A stretch of 64,000 nt of DNA from a virus (IMGVR_UViG_3300010163_000010:1-64000); one strand, 5' to 3'. Shown: positions 20,401 through 31,144, numbered from the stretch's first letter. A program made the numbers and translations. Notes: a model not told the origin generated them from the sequence alone.

Positions 20401-23400
20401 TGACGTATTTCTGAATTGGCTTGATAATCTTAGTTATCAGATTGTAGTTAACCGAACGTATAAATCTTGCTACAGGGCTGCTGCCTGTAAAGAACGTATT
20501 CAGGATCTTACCGAAGAGTTGACTCACCTTATTAGAGCTGCTCATCATGCGTCGTACTTGGTGATGATCAGGGAGCATTCCCATTAATCCACCATTGATA
20601 ATATTTGCCCCGACTAATCTTGTGGCAGCATCAGTTTCAAGTCCCTGTGTTATGTTCCCAGCAACGCTAAGTCCAAATGTCACAGGAGATACATCATCGA
20701 AAGCACTCTTGGTGCTAATCGAAGAAGTTGTACTAAGACTGGCTGGTGCATTTAACTTGGCCTTGGTGCTGTCTGAAACTTTATTAGACGAAGCGTTCTT
20801 CTTAGCCGCATAGGTTTGGGGTCTTCTGGCTAATCCGTTAGAACGTGTAGATGTTTTGGATGTAATACCAGAGCTGGTGTTTGTACCAGTATCGACCAGA
20901 ACCTCACCGGTGCCCCACTTGGACTTATTCAAATCAGGAGGCATCGTATCAGGCATACAGAGGCCGGCTTCACACTTCGGACCCTTACCGCCTTCGAGCG
21001 GGCCTTCATTCTCTGTCCTGTCTGTCTCTCCGGCATCAAGCATACCCAGGTCAGTAACAGTCTCAAGCATGAGGCTGTTCTTCTTGTCTTTGTCATCTTT
21101 ATCCTCGGGGCCTTTTCCATAAGAGTATACAGCTTTGGATGTATTATCAACCAGCTTACTCATTGTAGTGGACTTACGACCACCAGTTAGAGGATCGACC
21201 AATCCAACCTTATTACCAGATGCCTTCTCAGCAACCATGTAATGAGTATTCTTACCATACACGCCGCCTTTACCCATTACAACTGCAGGTTTACCGGAAG
21301 CCAGACTAGTTCCCAATGTACCAGGATCAACGGGGCCCTGTTTCATATTAAAGCCATGTGCAGAGGCGTACTTACTATAGAATGCTGGATTCGTTCCGCC
21401 GTCCTTAGCACGCATACCCGTAAGCTTGCTCAACTTGTCAGCCTCTACCGGGCTGGCCTTTTTGTCTCCGTACGCAGATGCTACCATTGCCGCGGCAGTA
21501 GGTCCACATCCAACCTTAGCCATTTCAGCTGAACCATGGTTCCACTTACTGGACTGCTGACTCATCGGGGTAACCGGTCCAGTACCCCAAGAAGAATCCA
21601 TCAACTTTGCGGCTTTCTCGCGGATTTTTGCTGAACCATTAAGATCCGATGCATCAAACCGAGGAGTTGTATCCTCTGGGCCTTTACCCCAGTTCCAAGG
21701 CATCCAGCCACCAACGGTATCAACTACCGTAGTGATACCTTTCCCTACCGCACGAACGCCATTACCGATCCAATTACCAACGGTAGAAACAGCATTCTTC
21801 GCACCATCGATAAACCCGGCAACTCCGGTCTTTTGTGCAGTGCTCGTTACAGCACCAGTACTACTGGTATTACCCATAAGCGCATTAGTCATTCCAGTAG
21901 CGAAAGAATCAAAGATCGTAGCCTTCTTGCCGTTTACTTCCTTCATGTCACCAAGGAATGTGTTGCCCATTCCCTCGCCAATACGTCCAAATAGTTCAGG
22001 TATTTTCTTCTTACCTTTAAGTACATCTGCCATTGTATCCATAACAGATGCACCAAGACCTTTACCAAGAGTCAGCAATGCTTCCAAAGCTTCCTTAGAA
22101 GTCTTAGTCTTAGGTATCATGTTATCTGTAGTCTCAGGAGCAGGGCCGGTTCCATATTCTGTTTCACTTGAAGTCGTCACGTCATGACTCTCTGGAGGTT
22201 CATATCTAATTTCACCTTCAGATGCTGATGCTCCAAAGGCTTTGCCATTGGTAGCTTTTTCCGTATCAACCACAAGACCAGCTTTAATGCCACGGTATCC
22301 AGCACTGATAATGGGAATTGAACTGTATGCTTTCTCAGCAGCTCCAACCGCAGAACCTACGGTATCAACAACCGCACCACCAGCCTGCTTCAGACCACGA
22401 TATGCACCACCTATAAAGGGAATACTTTCAATGCCTTTATCGACAGCACTTCCAGCACTGCTGACTGCCTCAACGGCACCTTTGGCCAAATTCTTTCCGC
22501 CCTTGTAAATGTCACCAAGGATCGGAATGCCCTCTATGGCCTTATCAATAGCCTGAACGATTCCAGAAAGAGCTTGTTTAATTGCAGAGGTAATGCCACG
22601 TACAATCTCAGACAGACCTTTATCAGCACCACCGATCATGGCTCCAAACGTCTTCATTATGCCAGAACCAATTGATGTGAAAAGGTTTATGACATTTTTA
22701 GGATTGAATATAATTTTTATGCCTGCCCATGCCGCCGTAACGATACCTTTGCCCAAACTGAACAACAGCTTCACAATACTTCCAGCAATCTTCACACCGC
22801 CACTGATAATACCTCCACCGAGCTTAGCCGCGAACTCACCAAGGCCGCCGCCTTCTTTGATTGTACCGCCAAAGAAGTTACCAATAGCAGTACCGATTGT
22901 AGCAGGTAGATTCTCGGCAATACTAGCTAGCTTGTCGTAAAATCCACCGATAACTTTCGGAATAAGTTCCGGAAGCCTGTCAGCAAAATCACTGAGCTTC
23001 TGGCCAATACTCTCTGCCATATTGCCAATGAAACTAGTGAACTTATCGACTACAACAGGCGCGCCTTCAACGAAATTGATAGCAGCATTCCCAACGGCTT
23101 TAGCACCATTCTTAACACCGGTAACAACATTGGTGGCCAAATTCTTGGCTTTTTCACCGAGACCACCAAACACATTCTTCACACGAGTACCAAATGTCTC
23201 TTTTTCTCCCTTTTCGTTGAACTGCTTTGCATACTCATCTACAGTAAGATCAGTACCATTAGCTTTATTATATGCATCGGTCGCAGCCTGCAGTTTTTGC
23301 TGATCTTCTGCCAACTCTTTCTTATCAGCATCACTGGCCAAAAGGCTATAGACCATCTGTACGATATCATCCTGGAACATGGCCGCAGCAACCGAAAGAA

Positions 23401-26400
23401 CAGGGCCAACACCGGGGATCAAACTGAGCAAGCCGCCAAGAGTATTGACGATACCAGAAGTTAATCTCATGGCCAAGGACACATCAGAGCCAAAAACGTT
23501 AAAATACTTCTTAGCGTTACCAAAACCAGCAATGAAGTCGGCAACAGCAAATGCAACAGCTAAACCACCACCGCTTGCAAATGCCGCAATCTGCTTACCA
23601 GCACTCTTTAAAGACTCTTTTGCACCGGACTGCATTGCTTTCTCAAGAACAGGTCCACAGAGCTTAGATGTAAGCTTGGATGCGAGTTCTCCGAGCTTGC
23701 CTTTAAGACTGCCGAACATCTTCACTATGGTCTTATTGCTCGTAATAGCTTTAACAGCTTTAGCTATAGCAGACTTTACTGGGCCAAGCTTAGCCATGTC
23801 ATCAGCCGAACCAGCTGCAGCTTTTCCAATCTGACCAATATTTTTACCGATACCAGTAATTCCATGAGCAAGCTGTTCAGCTCCCCAGAGCCGGTTGCCC
23901 TCTTCGCCAAAGAGATTGTATGCTGTTCCAGCTACACCGGCAAGAGTTCCAACAGTTGGTAATACAGTTTTCGTTAATACCCCGCCTACAGCTTTCCCAA
24001 CAGCACTTCCGCCCAACTTGGTCAGCAATCCGCCAATAGGACCACCAATTAGGGATCCTATTGTTTCAAGGAGACTTTTCTTCTCTTCTTTTTCTTCTTT
24101 GGCTCCTTCTGCGGCAGCTTCGCTATCATTCATTGCCTCGGCTGATTGAATAGCATTGATCTCATCCATACTTTGTGCATTTTGAATTGCATTATCATAC
24201 ACTTCGCGAGGATTGTCAGACTTCTCAGCTGCGGCATCAACTTTGCGGTATCTTTGCTTGAACTTCTCAAGACCAGTCTTCCGTGTTATTTTATCCATAG
24301 CGGCTCTTTCTGCAGCTTCCTTTGCAGACTCAGCCTCTGTAGAAGCTACGATCTTACCGCCAACTGTTGCTAGAGTACCAGTACTGCTCCCGGCCAGAAT
24401 AAACCGTGCTTCATTGGACATATCCAACCCATTTATCTCGCCGCTGTAGATCTTCTGTAGAACCTCTTCTTCTGTTATCGATTTAACTTCCTGTCTCGCC
24501 TCTGGTGAAATATTTGTACGATTCGTAATCTTAAGTTTCTTATTACCACCAGCGTTGAGCATTCTATAATTAAGCTTCTTCTGTGCAGTTTCCAAAACTG
24601 AAGCTTCTGCAGTTTCGGGTGTATTTGTTTCGGTGGTCTCATCATTTGAGCTTTCTTCATCAGAAGTTATAGGCATAAGTCTAATCCGTAACCGCTTAAG
24701 TCTAGCCCTAGGAGTTTCCGCGGTTTTTGTTTCATCCTCAGATGTAGATGCCTCTTTGGTTTCCTTTTTAGTCTCATCTTTTGAACTCTCACTGGTATCG
24801 GTTATAGACCTAAGTCTAGGTACTCTCCTAACGTTAGGTCTCTTGGTTGTAGATTCATCGGTAGATATTTCTTCAGCTTTCTTCTCTTCAGACTTTGTAT
24901 CTTCAGTTGTATCAGATGTAGAAGGATTAGAACGTCCGGATATGTTGTTCATCAGGGTATTAATGCGATTCCGCACGTCTCCCATGATGTTATCAACTTT
25001 TTCTGCAGTTTCACGTTTGATTCGTTCTTCGGTAGTCTCAACCGTTGGCCCTGCTTCTGTTGAAGATTCATTTCCAGGGCCAGCAGGAGTCGCCTTGTTG
25101 TCTGTAGTGCCACTATCACCAGTATCGGAAGGATTTGGATTCATCCTATCCCACATCTGATAATTAATGCCAGCAATATACACTGGAATTGTTGCATCAG
25201 GAGGCATCGCACATCCGCCTAATGGATCCACATACGACACAGGGAACGGAATGTTGAGTCCTTCACCGCCAACGGAAATAGGAACCATTCCCTTGATCTT
25301 AAGACCATGAAGAACAATCTTCGGATCCAATGTGAAGTTTGAGATCTTATCCGCAATCCAGCTGACACCGCCTTTGATACCTTGCCAAACAAAACCAACA
25401 GCCTTTAAAGCTCCTTTACCGATAGCCTTTAGCCCTTTATATATCCCCATTCCAACTTCAGGGATCATGGCCCCTGCTAGTTGAACCACACCAGAGATAA
25501 CCCCGGATATTGCCAAAATACCATCATGAAGAACTCCGCTCAATGTGGAAATAGTGTTGCCAACTGCCTCACCAATTCCCTTAGCAGCACCAAGAAGGGT
25601 ATTGCCTACAATTCTAACTGCACCGACAAAGCCCTCGCCCAAGGTCTTAGTTACAGTCCAGAGTGCATTGGCAACACCTTTGGCACCTTCAAAGAGGAAG
25701 CTACCAATATCAAGCAGGTGATCCTTAAGGAAGGTAGCGGCAGCACCAATAGCTCTGAACGGAAGAGTTACAATGCCCTTGATCAAATCCCATAGACTGT
25801 AAACTTTATCAAGAATGATGTCCTTGATGCCAGTAAAGAATCCGCTGATACGATCAGCCATACGGCCCCAGAAGTTCCGATATTTCTTTACATCTTTACG
25901 GCTTCCTTCCATATGTTCATCGTATTCGTCTTCCTTAAGATATGGATTCTTTTTACCGCCACCCCACTTCTTATCGATAGCGGTTCGAATATAGGCCGTA
26001 TTCCAGCCAACACCGCCGATCTGACCATGAATTTCTTCATATATCTTGCGGGTATTAGCGGCTATCTCTTTAAGGTATGAGTTGTTCGTTTTTCTTCCAG
26101 GAAGTCTAATACTGCTCGTAGATTTATCATTCGTCGTACTGTCTCCAGAATCAGAAGATTTTTTCTTCGCTTTATCTTCTTCTGCTTGAGCTTTTAGCCT
26201 GTTACGTTCATCATTAGTAGCCGCTTTCTCATTCTTACGTTTTGCATCTGCGGCATCTGAATCCGACCTGTTCTTTTCACGATTAGCGTTAACTCCAGGA
26301 GTCTTCTTATCAGACGTTCCAGGAACAGGAGGCGGAGTAGGAGTTTTCGCCTTGGTAGTTTTAGAAGTACGAGTAGATGTCTTGTTCTTATCTTTACTCG

Positions 26401-29400
26401 CATTCTGATCAGTTTTGTCTTTATTACGGCCTAAGAGTCTATCAAGAAATCCGAGTCGAGATTGCCGGCGTTCCATCCGCTCTTTGATCTTCTGCTCTTT
26501 TCTCTTTCGCCGTTCTTCCATTTTGGCTTTAAGGTTTTCTTCCCGTTCTTTTTCGCGCTGTTTCCGACGTTCACGAGCTTCAGCGCTTAACTGATCCACG
26601 CTCTTATTATCAATACCACCAGTAGTAACCAACTCCAGAGCCTTAAACGGAGCAGAGATAATGGCTCCAAGAGCTTTACCGACAGCATCAAAGATTGTAT
26701 TAAGAGCTTTCTCCAGAGGACTAAGAACTTTATCCTTAAAGAAGCGTTTCATTTTCTGACCCGGACTCTCGGGATCATCCGGATCATTGAAGATTTTCGT
26801 AATTGAGTCTTTAATATGCTGACCAATATTCTTCATGGAGTTGGAGATAGATACTCCAGCTTCAGTAAGATGATCCCGTAATGGCTGCATAGAACGTCTA
26901 AATGGTTCAACGATAGAATCATGGAACCATGTTCCAATAGACTTACCAACAGCATTGATCTTATCGCCAAGAGGCTCCATGACTTTGTGCTGCATGAAGT
27001 CAAATGCTTTACCGAATAAGCCACCCTTACGTTTCTTTACCTTCTTGCCGGTAGGCTTACCATTCTTATCTAACTCATCCTCTTCGGTCTCTTCACCCAT
27101 AAAGAACTTACGAATATCATCAGCATTAACCGCACCTGTGATACCGCCGAGCAATGCAAAGATAGGTCCACCAGGCAGCAGCGACAGCCCAGGAATAATA
27201 CCAATACCGGAAATCAGGCTCCACGCAGCTCCACCCAATGCGGCACCACCAAGAGCAGGACCAATGGAATCTTTAATGGCTTTGCGAGTCTTTGGCCCGA
27301 GAAGTGATTTCTCATTGCCTTCTGCATCAAGTTCACTTCCGAACAAAGCCTCTTTCATCTGTTCAGATGCAGAGATCATTCCACCAAGGCCACCAAGAAG
27401 AGCACCGATAAATGGACCTCCAGGAAGGAATAGACTGCCGATAATGCCAAGACCACTGCCGAGTGCAATGTTTGGGAAGTATTTCTTAAACCCGTCGTAT
27501 ACGGTCTTATCAATAAGGCCGCCCTTTCGACTGTCGACTTTTACGTGCTTATCAATCTTACCCGTCTTCCAGTCAAATACGACTCGGTCTTCATCCTTAC
27601 TCACTTCACCAAAGAGATATTCTTTAAATTTCTCAGAGGCAGATAAGAATCCACCGAAGGATCCAATAAGTGCTCCAAGAATAGGTCCACCAGGAAGGAA
27701 TAAGCTGCCAAGTATGCCAACTCCAGCACCAATGACCATATCCGGGAAAGCCTTTTTCATCTCAGTGGCCATTAGGTCAAATTTCTTCCTGGAATCATGT
27801 GTATCCTTTTCAAACTCATCATAATCCGCACGAGCGTAGTCGGGACCAAGCATCAGATCTTTAAAATCATCAGCAATATTTTTGAACAGTCCGACTAACC
27901 CATGATATTTGAACTTATAACCGCCATATATATCCTGCTCGTTATTCTCATCGTAAATATGACCTTCTGTATCATAGAGTTCCTTCTTGCGGCCACGATA
28001 CTTCTTACCTTCTTCATTGCCCCACAGAAGTTTATCCCACCAGCTGAGTTTAGCTTTATTTTCGGCTTCTGATTCCTCATCGCTTTTACGTTTGGAAGAT
28101 GAGCCGCCTTTAAGTGTCTCTTTGGCATTAGAAGTAAGTTCACGCCCTCTATGAATAATAGAGTTAATTTTATCGCTCCATTTGCCACCCTCATAGTCTT
28201 CGTAATGAGCATTCTTTACCGCATCTTCATGTACTGGTGTACCAGATTGATACCGCCATACGCCATCTTTATCTTTTATGATTGTATCTCCGGCTTCAGT
28301 AACTTTGCGATTCTTATCACGCTTACCAATTAACGACTCTTTATATCCCGTAAGTTTCTCGCTGACTGGCTTAACCACTTTCTGATTTAGCCTATCGGCA
28401 ATTTGCGGGAGTAGGCCGCTCTTCGGATCAAACATGAACTTCTTAAACGGATTGCCAATATTCTCAGCAAACCAGCTCTTAGCAGAAAGCCAGTTAGCCT
28501 TCAATGTCGCCTGAAGAGAATCAAGAATCGATGGGAGTTTATGCTTATCCAACAAGACTGCAGACGCGTCCTCACCATAAAGCACTCGGAACAGGAAGCT
28601 GTCCACAACTTTAAGACCATCCGTAACAAGATCAAATGGAACCTTACCGTACTCTCTTGTAAGTTCAGCAAGTTTCTTGAAACCGACCTTATCAAGCATT
28701 CCATTTACTTCCTTGGATAACTCTGCGGCCTTTTCGTCCATAGTACGTTTAGCGCCAGACGGTATCTGATCTTTCTCGTACTCTTGTATACGTCCGTTGT
28801 TTATAATAGGAGCACCGGTCTTTTTATCTGTAGGAGCTGTATTAGCCCTAAACTGTTTCATCGTATTACCAATACGCAGAACATCAGCACCTTCCGAACG
28901 AACGATAACAATATGACCGCCAAAGGCTTCATTATCTTTTGCTCGTTGTTCGTTATCAGAAACTTCTTTATCATGTGCTGCTCTCTTACGATTGATCTCT
29001 TGTACTTTTCGATCTTCCTGATATGAATAACGCTTCCACCCTTTATCGGAAAGTTTCTTTGCCGCTTCAATGTTAGCATTAACATTATCCGGAAGACCAT
29101 TTGTAACGATCCGTTCACCATTTTTGCCTTTAGGTTTAACAACCTTTGTCTTAGTGCTGTCTCCAAGTAAGTATGTGTAAGTGATGATTCCGCGTTCCAG
29201 CATAGTACGAATATCATTCACCATTGTATTCATCGGCAAAGGAACACCAAGCACCGTACGTCTCTCTATGTCTTTATCATGCATCTCTTGGATTTCATTA
29301 GAAGATGCTCCGCCGGCGACAGACTTAGACAACGAAATGATCTGACTCTCAATGCCTGGATCAAGCATACCCATATATGCAGCAATCTTACCGGTATCAT

Positions 29401-31144
29401 GCAGCATGTTATTTTGATATGCATTATTCTGATTACGAGCCATTCTTGCATCGATAATCTCTGAAGATAATTTCTCTAAGTCAAGGTCATCCAATGTAAG
29501 CAACGCCTGTTGGATAATATCACCGAATAGAACTGAATCATTTCTAGAAAGACCACCCGGAAGAGTTTTCCTGAATTCCTCCCGGCTTATATGCGGATCA
29601 ATAAATGCACTATTCTCAGCTTGATTCTGAAGGTACTGATAGACTACATCATTAAAACGCTTTTGGTCCTCTGGATCGACAAATTCGATAGCCCGTGTAT
29701 TCTCTACGAACTGGTTGGCAGCAGAGCCCATACGGTTTACAAGATCATTCGCCTGATTTGTCTGCTGTGCCAGTACTTTCTCCGCGTCTGTAAACTTTCC
29801 TTCTTTATAATCAAAAATCTTTAAGGGAAGTCCTGTCAAGTCAGAATGAATTTGACTTAACAGAGTTGGAATAACCTCTTCTATCGCTTTTGCTGCTTTA
29901 CTGGTATATAATGCTTGAGCAGTTGGATCTCTCATTCCGGTGTCGATGTACTTCCTGGATCGTGTGCTGGCACCGAATATACCCTTAATAAGATCACTTA
30001 TCTTCGTGCTTTCACCGGAGTCAAACTTCTTACCAGCGTCTGCCCACTTGGTAAGTAATGCAGGGAAGAACCCTGCAAGTTTCTCACCGGTAAGGTGAAG
30101 CTGCCTTTTAAATGTTTCGGGCATGATCTTTGTAAGAAGCTGGTCTGTTACAAGCTGCCAGGGGTTGTCCCCAACGTACTCCAGTATGTTACTGAGACTA
30201 CCGGCACCAGTTATCATGCTTAGATAACTGCCGATATTGTATTTCTCATCAAGATTCTTACCTGCCATCTTGAAGAGATTCCTAATATCGACTTCACCAT
30301 GATTACCAAAAATCTCAAGCTCTTCCCGCATTGTTTGTTTAGGTGCCTCAACCGGCTTAGTGTTCTTCTCGATGTTAGTCAGAACATTCATTACTTCCTG
30401 CATCTTGCCCATCATCTGATTGTGTGTCTCTCTGGTGACATCAAGGATGGACACAGCTGTCTGATTGATAGCCTGTACAGTAGCAGCCTGCTGAGTAACC
30501 ATGTTCTGAGCCGCATTCATAATCTGAGAATGCTGTTTCAAAGAAAGACGTATATCAGCCTGCGCATTCGCGTTTTCTGTATGAACAATAGCGGCGGTGC
30601 CCTCGGCAACAGCTTCAATCGTAGCCTCAGTGCGATTATCTTCTGTCCCTTCCTGGGCTTCCGCCAGGGCAATCTCTTTCTCCCAAGCTTCATCATCCTC
30701 AGCTTCAGGATTCCAGTCGCCATTTTCATCAAATGCAGACATGTCAACGTCACCGAAGTTATCCATGAGGCCACCCTCAGCGGCCTCTCCGAATTCAGAC
30801 CTACTCCGGTTTGCGTCGTACAGATTTCCGGTTTTCAAATCATCCAAAGCATTGCCTGCAAACCTCTTGAGGGCTTTAAAATCCTCGGTCTGCATGGCTT
30901 TGTTGATCTGACGATTGATATTGTCAACAGGGTTTCTCAAGAATCGTGCAACATCCTGAAGCAGTTCCTCGTTGGTATCAACCATACCGGCAATAGTTGG
31001 CAGTTCCTTGGCTACATACTCGGAACCTGACGCTAAAAAGAGCTGTGCGGTACCTTTAAAGTACTTGCCGCCTTTAGCAGCACATTCTTTAAGGCTTTGC
31101 CGCACATCTTTAGACATCTTATCATTGCCAGCATTTTTTGCCAC
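17486..31144 (-). CDS. giant tape measure protein with two C39-like peptidase domains and a tail lysozyme domain
   Basis: 4552 aa, largely helical, with Gly-zipper repeats (GSLFLPGGP.LGAL). C39-like Q...W...CGPT...H...DP occurs twice (~21120-21570 and ~19210-19730). Lysozyme-like GIMGCWQAES...GIGLAQWT...TQLEY at ~18200-18780. Confidence 0.85.
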   Translation of the reverse strand: MAKNAGNDKMSKDVRQSLKECAAKGGKYFKGTAQLFLASGSEYVAKELPTIAGMVDTNEELLQDVARFLRNPVDNINRQINKAMQTEDFKALKRFAGNALDDLKTGNLYDANRSRSEFGEAAEGGLMDNFGDVDMSAFDENGDWNPEAEDDEAWEKEIALAEAQEGTEDNRTEATIEAVAEGTAAIVHTENANAQADIRLSLKQHSQIMNAAQNMVTQQAATVQAINQTAVSILDVTRETHNQMMGKMQEVMNVLTNIEKNTKPVEAPKQTMREELEIFGNHGEVDIRNLFKMAGKNLDEKYNIGSYLSMITGAGSLSNILEYVGDNPWQLVTDQLLTKIMPETFKRQLHLTGEKLAGFFPALLTKWADAGKKFDSGESTKISDLIKGIFGASTRSRKYIDTGMRDPTAQALYTSKAAKAIEEVIPTLLSQIHSDLTGLPLKIFDYKEGKFTDAEKVLAQQTNQANDLVNRMGSAANQFVENTRAIEFVDPEDQKRFNDVVYQYLQNQAENSAFIDPHISREEFRKTLPGGLSRNDSVLFGDIIQQALLTLDDLDLEKLSSEIIDARMARNQNNAYQNNMLHDTGKIAAYMGMLDPGIESQIISLSKSVAGGASSNEIQEMHDKDIERRTVLGVPLPMNTMVNDIRTMLERGIITYTYLLGDSTKTKVVKPKGKNGERIVTNGLPDNVNANIEAAKKLSDKGWKRYSYQEDRKVQEINRKRAAHDKEVSDNEQRAKDNEAFGGHIVIVRSEGADVLRIGNTMKQFRANTAPTDKKTGAPIINNGRIQEYEKDQIPSGAKRTMDEKAAELSKEVNGMLDKVGFKKLAELTREYGKVPFDLVTDGLKVVDSFLFRVLYGEDASAVLLDKHKLPSILDSLQATLKANWLSAKSWFAENIGNPFKKFMFDPKSGLLPQIADRLNQKVVKPVSEKLTGYKESLIGKRDKNRKVTEAGDTIIKDKDGVWRYQSGTPVHEDAVKNAHYEDYEGGKWSDKINSIIHRGRELTSNAKETLKGGSSSKRKSDEESEAENKAKLSWWDKLLWGNEEGKKYRGRKKELYDTEGHIYDENNEQDIYGGYKFKYHGLVGLFKNIADDFKDLMLGPDYARADYDEFEKDTHDSRKKFDLMATEMKKAFPDMVIGAGVGILGSLFLPGGPILGALIGSFGGFLSASEKFKEYLFGEVSKDEDRVVFDWKTGKIDKHVKVDSRKGGLIDKTVYDGFKKYFPNIALGSGLGIIGSLFLPGGPFIGALLGGLGGMISASEQMKEALFGSELDAEGNEKSLLGPKTRKAIKDSIGPALGGAALGGAAWSLISGIGIIPGLSLLPGGPIFALLGGITGAVNADDIRKFFMGEETEEDELDKNGKPTGKKVKKRKGGLFGKAFDFMQHKVMEPLGDKINAVGKSIGTWFHDSIVEPFRRSMQPLRDHLTEAGVSISNSMKNIGQHIKDSITKIFNDPDDPESPGQKMKRFFKDKVLSPLEKALNTIFDAVGKALGAIISAPFKALELVTTGGIDNKSVDQLSAEARERRKQREKEREENLKAKMEERRKRKEQKIKERMERRQSRLGFLDRLLGRNKDKTDQNASKDKNKTSTRTSKTTKAKTPTPPPVPGTSDKKTPGVNANREKNRSDSDAADAKRKNEKAATNDERNRLKAQAEEDKAKKKSSDSGDSTTNDKSTSSIRLPGRKTNNSYLKEIAANTRKIYEEIHGQIGGVGWNTAYIRTAIDKKWGGGKKNPYLKEDEYDEHMEGSRKDVKKYRNFWGRMADRISGFFTGIKDIILDKVYSLWDLIKGIVTLPFRAIGAAATFLKDHLLDIGSFLFEGAKGVANALWTVTKTLGEGFVGAVRIVGNTLLGAAKGIGEAVGNTISTLSGVLHDGILAISGVISGVVQLAGAMIPEVGMGIYKGLKAIGKGALKAVGFVWQGIKGGVSWIADKISNFTLDPKIVLHGLKIKGMVPISVGGEGLNIPFPVSYVDPLGGCAMPPDATIPVYIAGINYQMWDRMNPNPSDTGDSGTTDNKATPAGPGNESSTEAGPTVETTEERIKRETAEKVDNIMGDVRNRINTLMNNISGRSNPSTSDTTEDTKSEEKKAEEISTDESTTKRPNVRRVPRLRSITDTSESSKDETKKETKEASTSEDETKTAETPRARLKRLRIRLMPITSDEESSNDETTETNTPETAEASVLETAQKKLNYRMLNAGGNKKLKITNRTNISPEARQEVKSITEEEVLQKIYSGEINGLDMSNEARFILAGSSTGTLATVGGKIVASTEAESAKEAAERAAMDKITRKTGLEKFKQRYRKVDAAAEKSDNPREVYDNAIQNAQSMDEINAIQSAEAMNDSEAAAEGAKEEKEEKKSLLETIGSLIGGPIGGLLTKLGGSAVGKAVGGVLTKTVLPTVGTLAGVAGTAYNLFGEEGNRLWGAEQLAHGITGIGKNIGQIGKAAAGSADDMAKLGPVKSAIAKAVKAITSNKTIVKMFGSLKGKLGELASKLTSKLCGPVLEKAMQSGAKESLKSAGKQIAAFASGGGLAVAFAVADFIAGFGNAKKYFNVFGSDVSLAMRLTSGIVNTLGGLLSLIPGVGPVLSVAAAMFQDDIVQMVYSLLASDADKKELAEDQQKLQAATDAYNKANGTDLTVDEYAKQFNEKGEKETFGTRVKNVFGGLGEKAKNLATNVVTGVKNGAKAVGNAAINFVEGAPVVVDKFTSFIGNMAESIGQKLSDFADRLPELIPKVIGGFYDKLASIAENLPATIGTAIGNFFGGTIKEGGGLGEFAAKLGGGIISGGVKIAGSIVKLLFSLGKGIVTAAWAGIKIIFNPKNVINLFTSIGSGIMKTFGAMIGGADKGLSEIVRGITSAIKQALSGIVQAIDKAIEGIPILGDIYKGGKNLAKGAVEAVSSAGSAVDKGIESIPFIGGAYRGLKQAGGAVVDTVGSAVGAAEKAYSSIPIISAGYRGIKAGLVVDTEKATNGKAFGASASEGEIRYEPPESHDVTTSSETEYGTGPAPETTDNMIPKTKTSKEALEALLTLGKGLGASVMDTMADVLKGKKKIPELFGRIGEGMGNTFLGDMKEVNGKKATIFDSFATGMTNALMGNTSSTGAVTSTAQKTGVAGFIDGAKNAVSTVGNWIGNGVRAVGKGITTVVDTVGGWMPWNWGKGPEDTTPRFDASDLNGSAKIREKAAKLMDSSWGTGPVTPMSQQSSKWNHGSAEMAKVGCGPTAAAMVASAYGDKKASPVEADKLSKLTGMRAKDGGTNPAFYSKYASAHGFNMKQGPVDPGTLGTSLASGKPAVVMGKGGVYGKNTHYMVAEKASGNKVGLVDPLTGGRKSTTMSKLVDNTSKAVYSYGKGPEDKDDKDKKNSLMLETVTDLGMLDAGETDRTENEGPLEGGKGPKCEAGLCMPDTMPPDLNKSKWGTGEVLVDTGTNTSSGITSKTSTRSNGLARRPQTYAAKKNASSNKVSDSTKAKLNAPASLSTTSSISTKSAFDDVSPVTFGLSVAGNITQGLETDAATRLVGANIINGGLMGMLPDHHQVRRMMSSSNKVSQLFGKILNTFFTGSSPVARFIRSVNYNLITKIIKPIQKYVTEHVIDKVLATSTGAAAANALKTVSSVIPLTELAFAIAAFFDGINNTDQYFGIYSKDATLAMKLTSGICSALGQLLGLIKGPLGLLLSSAAALIMDDIVVFVYGLFGDKDALADAQTKVYNDLVQYNKENSPDLTMDDYLEKYESKGVEKTTMLQKVGNAFSTGVNTVKNALGFGKGPGFDEPPEPEDFGKGEIDQGQELGTVKAAAGTPVSGFDAQSGIVHKNNFPFYMQTDPRWAKVKYTVLGPNDPDYKKQNMYNSACGPTSLSMILRSYGANVDPVGVANWSRENGARTEHSGTAGGILFPKLSKLYGIDAEQLSTGSKNAITSSLSAGYPMIASEQHNDFTSGSGHFITLVGMTSDGQVLVNDPFSEKRTMKTWPVSSITKGNKSLWVFRGPNGGSINNLYTKNPASNMSLIGYTGGEAAGYADGNAATASTSGSSSSTTSTGGSTGFETTDTTGSIGFDGTLGSLLGIVNNMFSTVTGKISNLLSILTGGGPTASTNGTSVSGTSYDTSGTTGGTTSTSIGSGKNIETSTDPTVNKKRTWDWLTTEFGLTPVGASGIMGCWQAESGNTPDRIEGDYLFDFDKHGLTYEKLYSDRATMDHYTRDMLFPVYDKNGLKYARNGYILDGHYWPGIGLAQWTKGRAKNLFDWSAQNGMNWYELGTQLEYFKHENAESYTNLKDALNAAPDPTEAARQGLDIYEYPGFSKKGTNGYNAWQKRAKYAQEIYNTYINTAPEPFTDGTTTTQAPTDNSASGVLAQQTSPISESSTTADVAKTLTTSAKPVNASVGMANDMNRVQELAGKGPGLDPDIEKDFKTGYAEGVAADPSDYGKGPVTNTSYNVTALNRKVIALNNQMDKIRSEAKSDTTVSQVTNAITSAINGTNTAGSTNVETDKILNGIAAMMGQMVELLSAIKTNTEQPKEGPSDGQSRRTKRNNYHVPVGEPIYSNGDREVDDVGADIINRMTGL

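Noticed and set aside
29308-29319. CGCCGGCG copies inside genes (29311, 40890, 60416)
   Set aside because: They read as Ala-Gly codons in another frame and have no end site at cassette distance; likely chance.
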